The position numbers and the translations under genes are program-made. The notes below the pieces were generated by a model that was not told the DNA's origin, searched no databases, and saw nothing but the letters and a program-made list of their open reading frames with translations. A DNA stretch of 64,000 bases from Syntrophales bacterium (GTDB lineage: Bacteria > Desulfobacterota > Syntrophia > Syntrophales > UBA4778), in the NCBI GenBank assembly GCA_041946925.1, contig JBHGBI010000002.1, positions 3,299-67,298 of the forward strand, read 5' to 3'. Positions within the stretch are counted from its first letter, which is position 1; each line of letters starts with the position of its first letter. Below are positions 27,905-37,473 of the stretch, piece by piece.

Positions 27905-30181
27905 TCAGCAGACTGCTGTGCGCGCCGCAGCGGAGACCGCCTGCCCCAGCGAGATGCCGCCGTCATTTGCCGGCACGATCCGGTGCCGGAACACCTCGAA
28001 ACCGTTTTCCTTCATCACCCGTATGCAGCTTTCGAGTAGAGTCCTGTTCTGAAAGCATCCGCCGCTCAGAACCGCCCGATTCAGGCCGGTCTTCTTCCTG
28101 ATGCGGTTTGCGATGGCGAAGATTGCAATCGAAAGAGTGAAATGAAAGGATGCGGCTATTTCGTGCCGGCTCACGTTGCGCAAGGCATCCATGGTGATTT
28201 CTCTGATGGCGGGGGAAAAATCTATAACCAGCACGTCTTTTTCACATCCGACCTCGAAGGGGTAGCTGCGGACCGCCCCGTTTCGCCCCATAGCCTCGAG
28301 TTCCATGGCCGCCTGTCCCTCGAAGCTTACCCTCCGACGAAGTCCGAGAATGGAGGCCACGCCGTCAAAGATTCTGCCGAGCCCGCATGCTTGGGGAGTG
28401 TTGATTTTCAGCTCGATGATCCTGTCCATCAGATCGTAATCAGTCCCTTCCGGGCCGAGTCGAAGCCCGGCCGCGTACTCCTGCCAGCCGTTTCCGAACG
28501 CTCTCTTCAGGAGGCTCACCGCCGTTCTCCAGGGCTCGCGTATCGCCTTTTCCCCCCCGGGCAGGGGAAAATAACCGAAATGGCCGGCCCTGATGAATTC
28601 CGCTTCATCAGCGATGAGAAATTCGCTTCCCCATGCCTTGCCGTCGGGGCCGTATCCTGTGCCGTCCATTGCCAGACCGATAACCTGGCCGGAAATCCGG
28701 TTTTCAGCCATGCAGCTTACCACGTGCGCGTGATGATGCTGGACACGGACGGCATTGCCGCCGCTCAGATCGGAAGCTGCCTTCGATGAGTAATATTCCG
28801 GATGACTGTCGCATGCGAACAGTTCGGGGCGGCATTGCGCTATTCTTTGCATAAGCGAAATATTTTCATGGAAAAAGTCCCGGGCCTGGGGTGTTTCCAT
28901 GTCTCCGATATGAGGGCTCAGGAAGGCGTAAGAGCCTTTCGTGCAGCATATGGTGTTTTTCATATGCGAACCGAGCGCGAGTACGTCAGGCAATCTCTTA
29001 TTCAGCAGAATCGGTTTGGGCGCATATCCTCTCGACCTGCGGATCATGCCCTGTCTTCCTTCTGATACGAAGGACACGGAGTCGTCGCATCGCACGAGTA
29101 TATCGCGGTCATGCACCAGGAAAAAATCGGCGATGCCTCTCAGCCTCTCTACCGCTTCGCGATTTCCGATACAGATAGGTTCGTCCACTTTGTTGGCGCT
29201 CGTCATCACCAGGGCTCGGAATGCTCCTTCGAGCAGGAGATAATGCAGGGGAGTGTAAGGGAGCATAATGCCGAGGTCGGGCACGCCGGGAGCGATATGG
29301 CGCGATATCAAATCTCCTTTTTTCTTGCGCAGCAGGACGATGGGCCTCTGTGCTGAGAGAAGGAGCCGCTCTTCTTCGCCGTCGACCTCCGCAAGATATG
29401 CCGCCTGTCGGATATCTTTCACCATTACAGCGAGCGGCTTTTCTTCCCTGAATTTGCGCGACCGCAGCCCCTCGATTGCACTGTCATTCGATGCATCGGC
29501 ACTCAGGTGAAATCCGCCCAGCCCTTTAATGGCGAGAATGCGTCCTTTCAGGAGCAGATTGATTGCTTCCCTAATGGGGTCGACGCCGGATATGTCGTTG
29601 CCGTCTCTGTCGAGCAGGCGCAGGGAAGGGCCGCATGCAGGGCAGGCAATTGGCTCTGCGTGAAAGCGGCGGTCATCCGGATTGTTGTATTCCCTGCGGC
29701 AATCCGGGCACATTGCGAAGCATGACATGGAGGTACTGATCCGGTCGTAGGGTATATCTTTTATGATCGTCAGGCGGGGACCGCAGTTGGTGCAGTTGAT
29801 GAAGGGATATCTGTACCTCCTGTTCTGCGGATCGAAAAGCTCTTTGAGGCATTCGTCACAAATGCAGATATCGGGCGCGATATGCACATCAGTCCTGGAG
29901 GAGGATCCGCTCGAGGCTACGCGGAACTCCCTTTCTCCGCAGAGAGGCACCTCTGAAGAATTCATGGAAACGATTTCCGCAAGAGGGGGGAGGCTTCGGA
30001 TGATATCAGCACTGAACCGGCGGATGGATTCGGAATCGCCTTCGACTTCCGCAATAACACCGTCCGGCCTGTTCTGAACAAAGCCGGCCAATCTGTTTTT
30101 CACTGCCATCCGGTATATGAAAGGGCGAAATCCTACACCCTGAACGATACCGGAGAAGGAGTAGCGTACTCTCTTAACCAC
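27905..30181 (-). CDS. hypF: carbamoyltransferase HypF
   Basis: Acylphosphatase domain (GIVQGVGFRPF), two CxxC-X18-CxxC zinc fingers, and YrdC-like and Kae1-like domains. Confidence 0.95.
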   Translation of the reverse strand: MVKRVRYSFSGIVQGVGFRPFIYRMAVKNRLAGFVQNRPDGVIAEVEGDSESIRRFSADIIRSLPPLAEIVSMNSSEVPLCGEREFRVASSGSSSRTDVHIAPDICICDECLKELFDPQNRRYRYPFINCTNCGPRLTIIKDIPYDRISTSMSCFAMCPDCRREYNNPDDRRFHAEPIACPACGPSLRLLDRDGNDISGVDPIREAINLLLKGRILAIKGLGGFHLSADASNDSAIEGLRSRKFREEKPLAVMVKDIRQAAYLAEVDGEEERLLLSAQRPIVLLRKKKGDLISRHIAPGVPDLGIMLPYTPLHYLLLEGAFRALVMTSANKVDEPICIGNREAVERLRGIADFFLVHDRDILVRCDDSVSFVSEGRQGMIRRSRGYAPKPILLNKRLPDVLALGSHMKNTICCTKGSYAFLSPHIGDMETPQARDFFHENISLMQRIAQCRPELFACDSHPEYYSSKAASDLSGGNAVRVQHHHAHVVSCMAENRISGQVIGLAMDGTGYGPDGKAWGSEFLIADEAEFIRAGHFGYFPLPGGEKAIREPWRTAVSLLKRAFGNGWQEYAAGLRLGPEGTDYDLMDRIIELKINTPQACGLGRIFDGVASILGLRRRVSFEGQAAMELEAMGRNGAVRSYPFEVGCEKDVLVIDFSPAIREITMDALRNVSRHEIAASFHFTLSIAIFAIANRIRKKTGLNRAVLSGGCFQNRTLLESCIRVMKENGFEVFRHRIVPANDGGISLGQAVSAAARTAVC

Positions 30182-30842
30182 TGTTTTCTTTTCTGAAATA
30201 ATCTATCCGGCCTGCAAGCCATTCATACCATTCCACCAGACCTTCGGAATTCTTGCAGGATATCTCGAATATACGGATATTTCTATTGATTGCGAGGGCA
30301 TCTTTCCTGGCCTTCGAGACATCGAAATCGACATAGGGGAGAAGATCGGTCTTGTTGATTATCATGACCGCCGATTCCTGAAAAATCAGCGGGTACTTGG
30401 AAGGTTTATCCGCCCCCTCGGGTACGCTCAAGATCATTACTTTTACGTTTTCTCCGATATTGAATTCCGCCGGACAGACCAGATTGCCCACGTTTTCGAT
30501 GATGATAAAGTCCAGTTTGTCCATATCCAGGGCGGGGAGGGCTTCCCGGACCATATTGCCGTCTATATGACAGGCCCCGCCTGTATTGATCTGAACGACC
30601 GGTATGCCGAGGTTTGCAATCCGTTCGGCGTCGTACGTGTTCTGGATATCCCCCTCAATCACTCCGATACGATATTTCTCTCTGAGACCCTGGATCGTCC
30701 TTTCGACGAGAGATGTCTTGCCCGCTCCCGGCGAGCTCATGAGATTTACCACAAAAATCTTTTTCTTATCGAACAGAGCCCGGTTGTCCGCTGCGATCCT
30801 GTCATTGGCATCCAGAATGTTTTTTACCACTTCTATTTTCAT
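30174..30842 (-). CDS. hypB: hydrogenase nickel-insertion GTPase HypB
   Basis: G1 motif SSPGAGKTS and metal site GGACH...NLVCP. Preferred ATG 30842 (CAGGAGAA RBS). The track start 30989 would overlap hypD. Confidence 0.92.
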   Translation of the reverse strand: MKIEVVKNILDANDRIAADNRALFDKKKIFVVNLMSSPGAGKTSLVERTIQGLREKYRIGVIEGDIQNTYDAERIANLGIPVVQINTGGACHIDGNMVREALPALDMDKLDFIIIENVGNLVCPAEFNIGENVKVMILSVPEGADKPSKYPLIFQESAVMIINKTDLLPYVDFDVSKARKDALAINRNIRIFEISCKNSEGLVEWYEWLAGRIDYFRKENSG

Positions 30843-30846
30843 TATT

Positions 30847-31947
30847 TCATTCTCCTGAACGATGATAGTTATAATAGGCGGCGCATGTCCCCTCAGATGA
30901 CACCATGCACGGTCCCACCGGATTGGCGGGGGAGCATAATTTGCCGAACAGCCGGCAGTCCTGCGGTATTTTTTTGCCTCGCAAAACATCCCCGCAACTG
31001 CACCCCTTCACTTCTTCAGAATGGATCTCAGGCACACAGAATTTTTCCACGGCATCGAAGGAGGAATATGCGGCGCGAAAGCGCAGGCCGCTGTCAGCAA
31101 TCCGCCCCAGGCCCCTCCATTGCGATTGCGTTCTGAAAAAGACGGTTTCGAGAAGATCCATGGCCTTGCGGTTTCCCGCGGGATTCACCCCTCTGCCGTA
31201 CTGGATCGACACTTCCTTTCTCCCATCCGCAATCTGGCGCAGGATCATCAGGATTCCTTCCAGTATGTCGACAGGCTCAAATCCCGTGATCACGGCGGCT
31301 CTGCCGGACTGTGGTATGATTTTGTACGCATCGGAACCGATGATCGTGCTGACATGTCCGGGGCATATGAAGCCGTCTATTTTCAGATCCGGGTCTTCCA
31401 TCAACGCGAGGATGGCGGGAGGGATTACTTTGTGGACGGAAAAGACTGAAAAATTGGTGATGCCTTTTCTCCGGCATGACTCCACCGCGGCGGCGACAGT
31501 CGGCGATGTTGTCTCGAAACCGATGCCCATCATGACCACTTCTCTTGTGCCGTTGGATTGCGCCAGCCTGATACAATCTCCTGCGGATGATATGATCCTG
31601 ATATCCGAGCCCGAAGCCCTGATTTTCTGGAGGGTCGCTCCATTGCTCCCCGGCACCCTGAACATATCTCCGAACGTGGCGAAGATAATGTTTTTCTGTC
31701 CTGCGAGGAAAAGGGCCTTATCGATATCCTCAGCGGATGTTACGCAAACCGGACAGCCCGGTCCGGAAATGAGGCGGATGCCGGGTGGAAGCATTTCTCT
31801 TATCCCGAAGCGTCCTATGGCGTAAGTATGACTGCCGCAAATCTCCATGATTGTAACCGGTTCTGCAATCCGCTTCGAGAGAGCCGTGATGGCTGACAAT
31901 ATCCGGTCTGCGAGCATGGGGTTGCGGTATTCGTCAATAAATCTCAT
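30847..31947 (-). CDS. hypD: hydrogenase maturation protein HypD
   Basis: Contains GPGCPVCV and a C-terminal Cys cluster. 366 aa. Confidence 0.95.
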   Translation of the reverse strand: MRFIDEYRNPMLADRILSAITALSKRIAEPVTIMEICGSHTYAIGRFGIREMLPPGIRLISGPGCPVCVTSAEDIDKALFLAGQKNIIFATFGDMFRVPGSNGATLQKIRASGSDIRIISSAGDCIRLAQSNGTREVVMMGIGFETTSPTVAAAVESCRRKGITNFSVFSVHKVIPPAILALMEDPDLKIDGFICPGHVSTIIGSDAYKIIPQSGRAAVITGFEPVDILEGILMILRQIADGRKEVSIQYGRGVNPAGNRKAMDLLETVFFRTQSQWRGLGRIADSGLRFRAAYSSFDAVEKFCVPEIHSEEVKGCSCGDVLRGKKIPQDCRLFGKLCSPANPVGPCMVSSEGTCAAYYNYHRSGE

Positions 31948-32167
31948 TTTCGATCAATTCTTTTAAGAAGTTCAGCTTCTCCATGGCAAGCGATTCATCT
32001 ATCCGGTGGATTGCATAACCTGCATGGCTTATCACATAATCGCCGACGGCCACGGGCTCATCTATGATATCCAGGCAGACCTCGCGCCTGCCACCGCTGA
32101 TATCTATAACTGCATAATTATCTTCTTCGTTGATGGAGATAATTTTCCCCGGGAATCCGATACACAT
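31934..32167 (-). CDS. hypC: hydrogenase assembly chaperone HypC
   Basis: Must begin MCIGFPG because the N-terminal Cys is essential. ATG 32167 lies 9 nt after AGGAG. The track start 32173 is a TTG. Confidence 0.9.
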   Translation of the reverse strand: MCIGFPGKIISINEEDNYAVIDISGGRREVCLDIIDEPVAVGDYVISHAGYAIHRIDESLAMEKLNFLKELIENEIY

Positions 32168-32183
32168 ATTCAAATACTCCTAT

Positions 32184-32528
32184 TTATTCGACATCCATTT
32201 CCACCAGCCGCAGATCTTCTTTTCCGTCCTTCAGCATTATCTCGGTGCCGCCGCACCGAGGGCATTTTTCCGGCAGTGAATCGGCGTCGGTTTCTTCGCT
32301 GCAGGAAAGACAAAGCACCCGGGCGGGGGTGATTTCAAATTCGAGCGATGCTCCCTCGGCCCTCGTATTTCTGGACTGCACAGAGAAGGCGAACTCCAGC
32401 GACTGAGTGTTGATACAGGAGAGACTTCCAAACGACAACTTTATGGAACGCACCCGGCGGAAACCGTGCTTGAGGGCATAATCATCGATGATGTCGATAA
32501 TTGATTCGGCCAGATAAAGCTCATGCAT
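32184..32528 (-). CDS. hypA: hydrogenase nickel incorporation protein HypA
   Basis: MHE N-terminus and zinc site CLSC...CPRCG. Confidence 0.9.
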   Translation of the reverse strand: MHELYLAESIIDIIDDYALKHGFRRVRSIKLSFGSLSCINTQSLEFAFSVQSRNTRAEGASLEFEITPARVLCLSCSEETDADSLPEKCPRCGGTEIMLKDGKEDLRLVEMDVE

Positions 32529-33021
32529 CTCGAGATGATCCGTTCATTTTTATATTCAACTTTGCAAATTCGGCCAAAAGCAGCTTTTCCATTTCAGGGA
32601 AGCGCTCTTTCATGGCGCCTGTCAATTCGAGCCCCATTTCATCAAAATGGGCAGGCACTATGCAAAGAAATACTGTTTCAGGCACTTCATCGATCAGTTC
32701 GGCCTTGTAAAGAACATCCATGAATGTCACCTCATGCGCTGATGTCGGAGGCGGCATGTGCGTTTCCATCTCTTCCCTGGTGAAGCGGTAGATTGTGCCG
32801 GGGTTGTCCCTGGCTTTTATTACATCTATTACTATCAGGAAACGGGACCTGCATATGAGATCCAGGAGCGCATAGCCCAGGGTGCCTCCGTCCACGACTC
32901 TGACACCGGCAGGCAATATATGGCGCCCGGCAAACCAGCGCACAAAATGTACCCCGAAGCCTTCATCCTTAAGAAGTATATTACCGATTCCAAGAACGGT
33001 AATGGACTTGTTTTCAGCCAT
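32521..33021 (-). CDS. [NiFe] hydrogenase maturation endopeptidase (HyaD/HybD family)
   Basis: Contains VLGIGNILLKDEGFG plus downstream Asp/His ligands. The start is uncertain (GTG 33042 or ATG 33021). Confidence 0.88.
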   Translation of the reverse strand: MAENKSITVLGIGNILLKDEGFGVHFVRWFAGRHILPAGVRVVDGGTLGYALLDLICRSRFLIVIDVIKARDNPGTIYRFTREEMETHMPPPTSAHEVTFMDVLYKAELIDEVPETVFLCIVPAHFDEMGLELTGAMKERFPEMEKLLLAEFAKLNIKMNGSSRDA

Positions 33022-33111
33022 GTGCCTGCAACTTTTTAACACATGCAGTCAAAAAAGGGGAGATGATTCTCCCCCTTTCGAATGCCTTTCGTCTTTTTCA
33101 AACGAAATATC

Positions 33112-33780
33112 TTATTCCTTAGCTGTCTCGAACAGCTTTCCGCTGACCATAGAGGAAATAGTCCCTTTTTTCAAAACGGCATCGTACCAGAAAGCCATAT
33201 AAACGTGGACAACTATAAACAGGATGAAACACCACGTCAGCAAATGATGTATATAGCGTATCATCGCCAGCCCTCCTACTGTATTTGCGACGGGCCTGAG
33301 GAACCTGTACGATATAGCCGTAAAACCTTCGTAATATCCGGCGCCCATGAGAATCAGGCCGGTGATCACGATCAGCAGCACCATGCCGAGCAGCCCCAGA
33401 TAGGCAAGGGATTGCATGGGACCGTAAAGACATTTGTGCTCCGGAGGATCCTTTTTGATCAGAAGATAAAACTTGATCTGATCCACAGTGTTCTTCACAT
33501 CGGTGAACGCGAGAAAGTCCTTCCAGTCAGCATGGAACGTGGAGAAGAATGCGAGGTATATCCTCCAGATGAAAACGAACAGGAGAACGATCCCAAAGAA
33601 AATGTGCACAAAACGTATATTTCCCATCAGGAACTTGTTGACGGTTTCGCCGGAACCCACCACAAACGGATCAGCGATATAGAAACCGGTGACTATCAAT
33701 ATGAAAATGGAAAGAGCCATTGTCCAGTGATTGATACGCATGGACACGCTCCATTCATTAACGGGCAATATCTTTTCCAA
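33112..33780 (-). CDS. Ni/Fe-hydrogenase b-type cytochrome subunit
   Basis: 222 aa with four TM helices carrying conserved His residues. Located immediately downstream of the large subunit. Confidence 0.88.
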   Translation of the reverse strand: MEKILPVNEWSVSMRINHWTMALSIFILIVTGFYIADPFVVGSGETVNKFLMGNIRFVHIFFGIVLLFVFIWRIYLAFFSTFHADWKDFLAFTDVKNTVDQIKFYLLIKKDPPEHKCLYGPMQSLAYLGLLGMVLLIVITGLILMGAGYYEGFTAISYRFLRPVANTVGGLAMIRYIHHLLTWCFILFIVVHVYMAFWYDAVLKKGTISSMVSGKLFETAKE

Positions 33781-33799
33781 TGTAATATCCTCCTTTCCC

Positions 33800-35476
33800 T
33801 CAGCACACCCTGTATTTCCTGATCTCGTTCGACTTGGGGTCTATAATGTGAACTGCACAAGCCATGCACGGGTCGAAGGAATGAATCGTCCTTATGATTT
33901 CAAGAGGCTGGTCGACTTTCGCGAGTTTGATCCCGATAAGGGATTCCTCATAGGGCCCGCGCTGACCCGCCTTGTCCCTGGGCGAGCAGTTCCAGGTGGA
34001 AGGGACAACGGCCTGATAATTGGAAATCACTTTATTTTCTATTCGTATCCAGTGTCCAAGCGCGCCTCTGGGAGGTTCGGTAAGACCGCGTCCCTGTACC
34101 GGCTTGCTCGGTACGTCGCATCTCGTCCAGGTTCGGGTATCTCCCTTCTTTATATTCGCCACGAGCTCGTTCACCCAGCCTTCCGTGCGGTCGGCGACGA
34201 GTTTTGTCTCGAGTGCCCGTGCCGCCGTTCTTCCGAGAGTCGAAAAGAGCGCCGTTACGGGAAGCCCGGTTTGTTTCAGAGCAGAATCCACCAGGCCCTT
34301 GATTGCTTTGTCCCCCTGGGCGTAGCCGACGACAAAGCGGGCGAGCGGACCGACTTCATAAGGCTTCCCATTATAGCGGGGGGCCTTGCACCAGGAATAC
34401 TTTTCGTCCCCTTTCACGTGCCCATCCTTGTCGTAGCCGGTGTATTCGGGCTCGGTCGTTCCCTTGTAGGGATGCTGCGGCTCCGATCCCTTGTACCATG
34501 AATGCGTCGCCTCTTCCGTTATCTTGTCCTCGTCGAGCTTCAGCGGCCTGGCTATATTTCTGCCTTCCACCACCCCTCGCGGGAAGAGGAGGTTGTTCCA
34601 GTCGTCGTCGAGAGGGAATCCCCCATAGGAGAGGTAATTCTTTACGCCTGCGCCGGTTCCGGCGCTGCCTTCTCCTTTATAATAGGCCGCGGCCATGAGA
34701 ACGTCCGGCAGATAAGCGTTCTCGATTATTTTTTTCATCTCTTTCAGACGGAACAGGTACTGACCCAGGCGTTCGGCATCCAGGGCATCCATTACAGATG
34801 TGACCCCGCCCACCACGAGGTTTTGGGGATGAGGGTTCTTGCCTCCGAAAATCGCCATCATCTGGGCCCCGATTTTCGAAACGGCAAGGGCGTCCAGGTA
34901 ATGGGATACTATGACAAGGTTCGCTTCCGGGGGCAGTTTATATGAGGGATTCCCCCAGTAGGCGTTTGCAAAAGGTCCCAGCCTGCCCGATTTGACGAAT
35001 TTCGTCAGGCGCTGCTGCACTGCCTTATAATGCGTTTCGGAGCAGTTGTACGGCTCGGAACAGTAACTTTTCGCGAGTTCAACCGCTTTCTTCGGATCGG
35101 CGGAGAGTGCGCTTACTATATCCACCCAGTCAAGTCCGTGCAGATGGTAAAAATGCATGATGTGATCCGTAAGGAAAAGAGATGCGTTTACAAGATTCCG
35201 GATGATCCTTGCATTGGGGGGAGGTTTCACGCCGAAGGCGTCCTCGCAGGCAAGTATGCTGGCTTCATAATGTACGAAAGTGCATACTCCGCAGAAACGC
35301 TGGACTATCAACCCTGCGTCCCGGGGGTCGCGTCCCTTCAAGATGGTTTCTATCCCCCTCCATAATGTAATACTGCTCCATGCGTCGCGGATAACATTGC
35401 TGCTGTCGACTTCCACTTCTATTCTTAAATGACCCTCGATCCTGGTGATCGGGTCTACAATGATTCTCTTAGCCAT
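33800..35476 (-). CDS. [NiFe] hydrogenase large subunit (group 1, membrane-bound uptake type)
   Basis: Contains RIEGH and the N-terminal ligand pair RFCGVCTFVH. The C-terminal DPCMACAVH is followed by a 15-aa cleavable extension. All metal ligands are Cys and there is no in-frame TGA. Confidence 0.95.
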   Translation of the reverse strand: MAKRIIVDPITRIEGHLRIEVEVDSSNVIRDAWSSITLWRGIETILKGRDPRDAGLIVQRFCGVCTFVHYEASILACEDAFGVKPPPNARIIRNLVNASLFLTDHIMHFYHLHGLDWVDIVSALSADPKKAVELAKSYCSEPYNCSETHYKAVQQRLTKFVKSGRLGPFANAYWGNPSYKLPPEANLVIVSHYLDALAVSKIGAQMMAIFGGKNPHPQNLVVGGVTSVMDALDAERLGQYLFRLKEMKKIIENAYLPDVLMAAAYYKGEGSAGTGAGVKNYLSYGGFPLDDDWNNLLFPRGVVEGRNIARPLKLDEDKITEEATHSWYKGSEPQHPYKGTTEPEYTGYDKDGHVKGDEKYSWCKAPRYNGKPYEVGPLARFVVGYAQGDKAIKGLVDSALKQTGLPVTALFSTLGRTAARALETKLVADRTEGWVNELVANIKKGDTRTWTRCDVPSKPVQGRGLTEPPRGALGHWIRIENKVISNYQAVVPSTWNCSPRDKAGQRGPYEESLIGIKLAKVDQPLEIIRTIHSFDPCMACAVHIIDPKSNEIRKYRVC

Positions 35477-35503
35477 TCTGTTCCTCCCGGAAATTCGGAT
35501 TAT

Positions 35504-36709
35504 TTATTCTTTATGATCTGCATCTGAGGAGGTGCCCGCTTTCTTCTTGCCGGAATGGCGCATCGCGCTGAATGCGGCGTGGGCGGCTACTCCTGCGGTC
35601 GTAAGCGCGGTCAGGGCAATGCCGATGTCGTCAACCGTGCGTTCCCCGCCTCCGATACTGGCTTCGTGAATCGGTTTTTCCAGGGAGGCCATCGTATCCC
35701 AGAAACCCGGCTCAGTGCAGCCGATACAGCCGTGGCCGGCCATTACCGGCCATGATATACCGTCGTTGAACCGCACTTTCGAACAATTAGAATAAGCATA
35801 GGGTCCCCTGCAGCCCATTTTATACAGGCACCAGCCCTTCTTTGCCCCCTCATCACCCCATTCTTCGACGAATTCCGCGGCATCGTAATGAGGTCTCCTC
35901 TCGCAAAAATCGTGTACCCTTTTGCCGTACGCCCATACAGGACGCCCTAGCGAATCAAGAGGGGGCAATCCGCCGAACATGATGTAGTGGAGGATGGTTC
36001 CGGTAAAATTAACGGCGTTGGGGGGACACCCTGCGATATTTACGGTTGTTATTCCCAGGGCCTTTCCTATGCCCACGGAATCGGTTGGATTCGGTTTGGC
36101 TGAAGGAATGTTGCCGAACGAGGAGCATGAGCCCATGCAGATCACCGCGGCCGCCTTGGAAGTCACTTCCTTTGCCACTTCAATTCCTGTCTTGCCTTTG
36201 GAACCGAGTGTCAGGTACTTGCCGTTCAGTCCTCTCGGCAGGCTCCCTTCGATGACGCAGATGAATTTGCCCGCGAAATCATGCACCGCTTTTTCAAGAT
36301 TCTGCTCCGCCTGGATTCCTGAAGCAGCCATCAGGGTCTCGTGATACTCGAGGGAGATAGTCTCAAGCAGGATATCATCCACATTGGGATAGGACGATCT
36401 CAGAAAGGCCTCGCTACAGCCTGTGCATTCGGCAAATTGAAGCCAGACTACGGGAATCCTGCTGAAATTTTCAGCGGCCTTTGCCACCATCGGCCGGAAT
36501 ATAGGCGGTAGCATCAACGCAGCTGTCATGAAAGAGGTCCATTTCAGAAAATCTCTCCTGCTGATCCCCCGTTCTTTTAAAGAGGAATAAAAATCCTCCC
36601 TGGCCGGAGGCAACTCTCTTTCCGTCTTGTCGAGTTGGATACGGCAATGCTCCATCAACTCCCTGTACTGTTTTTTTATAAGACTATGATATTCTGTATT
36701 TTTATCCAT
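35504..36709 (-). CDS. [NiFe] hydrogenase small subunit, Tat-exported
   Basis: Twin-arginine motif GISRRDFLKW, FeS ligands ECTGCSE, and a C-terminal TM anchor. Preferred ATG 36709 (GGAGG upstream). The track start is 36781. Confidence 0.93.
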   Translation of the reverse strand: MDKNTEYHSLIKKQYRELMEHCRIQLDKTERELPPAREDFYSSLKERGISRRDFLKWTSFMTAALMLPPIFRPMVAKAAENFSRIPVVWLQFAECTGCSEAFLRSSYPNVDDILLETISLEYHETLMAASGIQAEQNLEKAVHDFAGKFICVIEGSLPRGLNGKYLTLGSKGKTGIEVAKEVTSKAAAVICMGSCSSFGNIPSAKPNPTDSVGIGKALGITTVNIAGCPPNAVNFTGTILHYIMFGGLPPLDSLGRPVWAYGKRVHDFCERRPHYDAAEFVEEWGDEGAKKGWCLYKMGCRGPYAYSNCSKVRFNDGISWPVMAGHGCIGCTEPGFWDTMASLEKPIHEASIGGGERTVDDIGIALTALTTAGVAAHAAFSAMRHSGKKKAGTSSDADHKE

Positions 36710-36934
36710 ACAACCTCCATGGGTTTCAAATTGAGTGAAATCGCGGCATGAATCTGAAGTCACATATGTCAAAATTGGCATATTGTCAATAGATTATTAC
36801 GGAAAGGTTACAAAACAACATTCTTTTCCGCAGGCCGGATGCCGTTCTCGGATACAGGCTCCAGGCGACGGGCTAATGGCTAAAGGTGAAGGTTTGAGCA
36901 GTCTTTTAAAGGATGATAAAGTCGGACGGAGGTT

Positions 36935-37285
36935 TTATGTTGATTGCACAGAGTTTTTTTGTTTCTTCAGAGAGGGTATTTTACGGTCTACATTCTCAAG
37001 CAGAGTCTCGATACACGTTTCAATCGCCTCGAACTGTTCAAGCAGTTGTTTTGCTTCTGCGGTAATGTGCATGGATTTTCCCCGGTCGCATTCAACGAGC
37101 TTAAATCCCAGGCGTTCTTCGGAGGCCCTTATTCTGCCCCAGGCCGCTCTGTAAGACATCTTCAATTTCCTGGCTGCTGCGTGAAGACTTCGATACTTCT
37201 CAATTGCCCGAAGCAGTTCATCTCTTCCATGACCGAAAAGAATCTGGCCGTTCCGTTCAATCCATATTTTGTATTTTATTTTCAT
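36935..37285 (-). CDS. ModE N-terminal-domain-only winged-helix regulator (COG2005-like)
   Basis: 116 aa. LLRAIEKYRSLHAAARKLKMSYRAAWGRIRASEERLGFKLV matches the ModE/LysR-type HTH pattern (GS..AA..L.(M/I)SY..AW). There is no Mop (molybdate-binding) domain. Confidence 0.75.
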   Translation of the reverse strand: MKIKYKIWIERNGQILFGHGRDELLRAIEKYRSLHAAARKLKMSYRAAWGRIRASEERLGFKLVECDRGKSMHITAEAKQLLEQFEAIETCIETLLENVDRKIPSLKKQKNSVQST

Positions 37286-37388
37286 TCCTAAAGATCCAAT
37301 TGAAGATTTGTCTACGCCAATTTTGTGGGAATTGCAAGCTTTGCTTGAAAAATGTGTATGCAGGACATTCGGCCGCAGTGGAGAGACC

Positions 37389-37406
37389 TATGTCACAATT
37401 GACATA
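37389..37406. promoter_or_regulatory. inverted repeat TATGTCA-N4-TGACATA (candidate operator)
   Basis: 7-bp perfect arms. Lies 38 bp upstream of the fdnG -35 element and about 105 bp upstream of the divergent ModE-like gene. Confidence 0.3.
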
Positions 37407-37443
37407 AGAACAAGGAATTATTGTTCTTTTCAGAAAATAAACC

Positions 37444-37473
37444 TTGACATTAAACAGCCGGGAAATATATAAA
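37444..37473 (+). promoter_or_regulatory. sigma70-type promoter for fdnGHI
   Basis: Consensus TTGACA (37444-37449) followed by a 16-18-nt spacer to the TATATAAA block (37466-37473). This implies a ~215-nt leader. Confidence 0.45.

Noticed and set aside
33800-35476. Possibility that the hydrogenase is a [NiFeSe] enzyme, given the Sec machinery nearby
   Set aside because: The C-terminal ligand motif reads DPCMACAVH with Cys at both positions. The ORF is uninterrupted and has no in-frame TGA.
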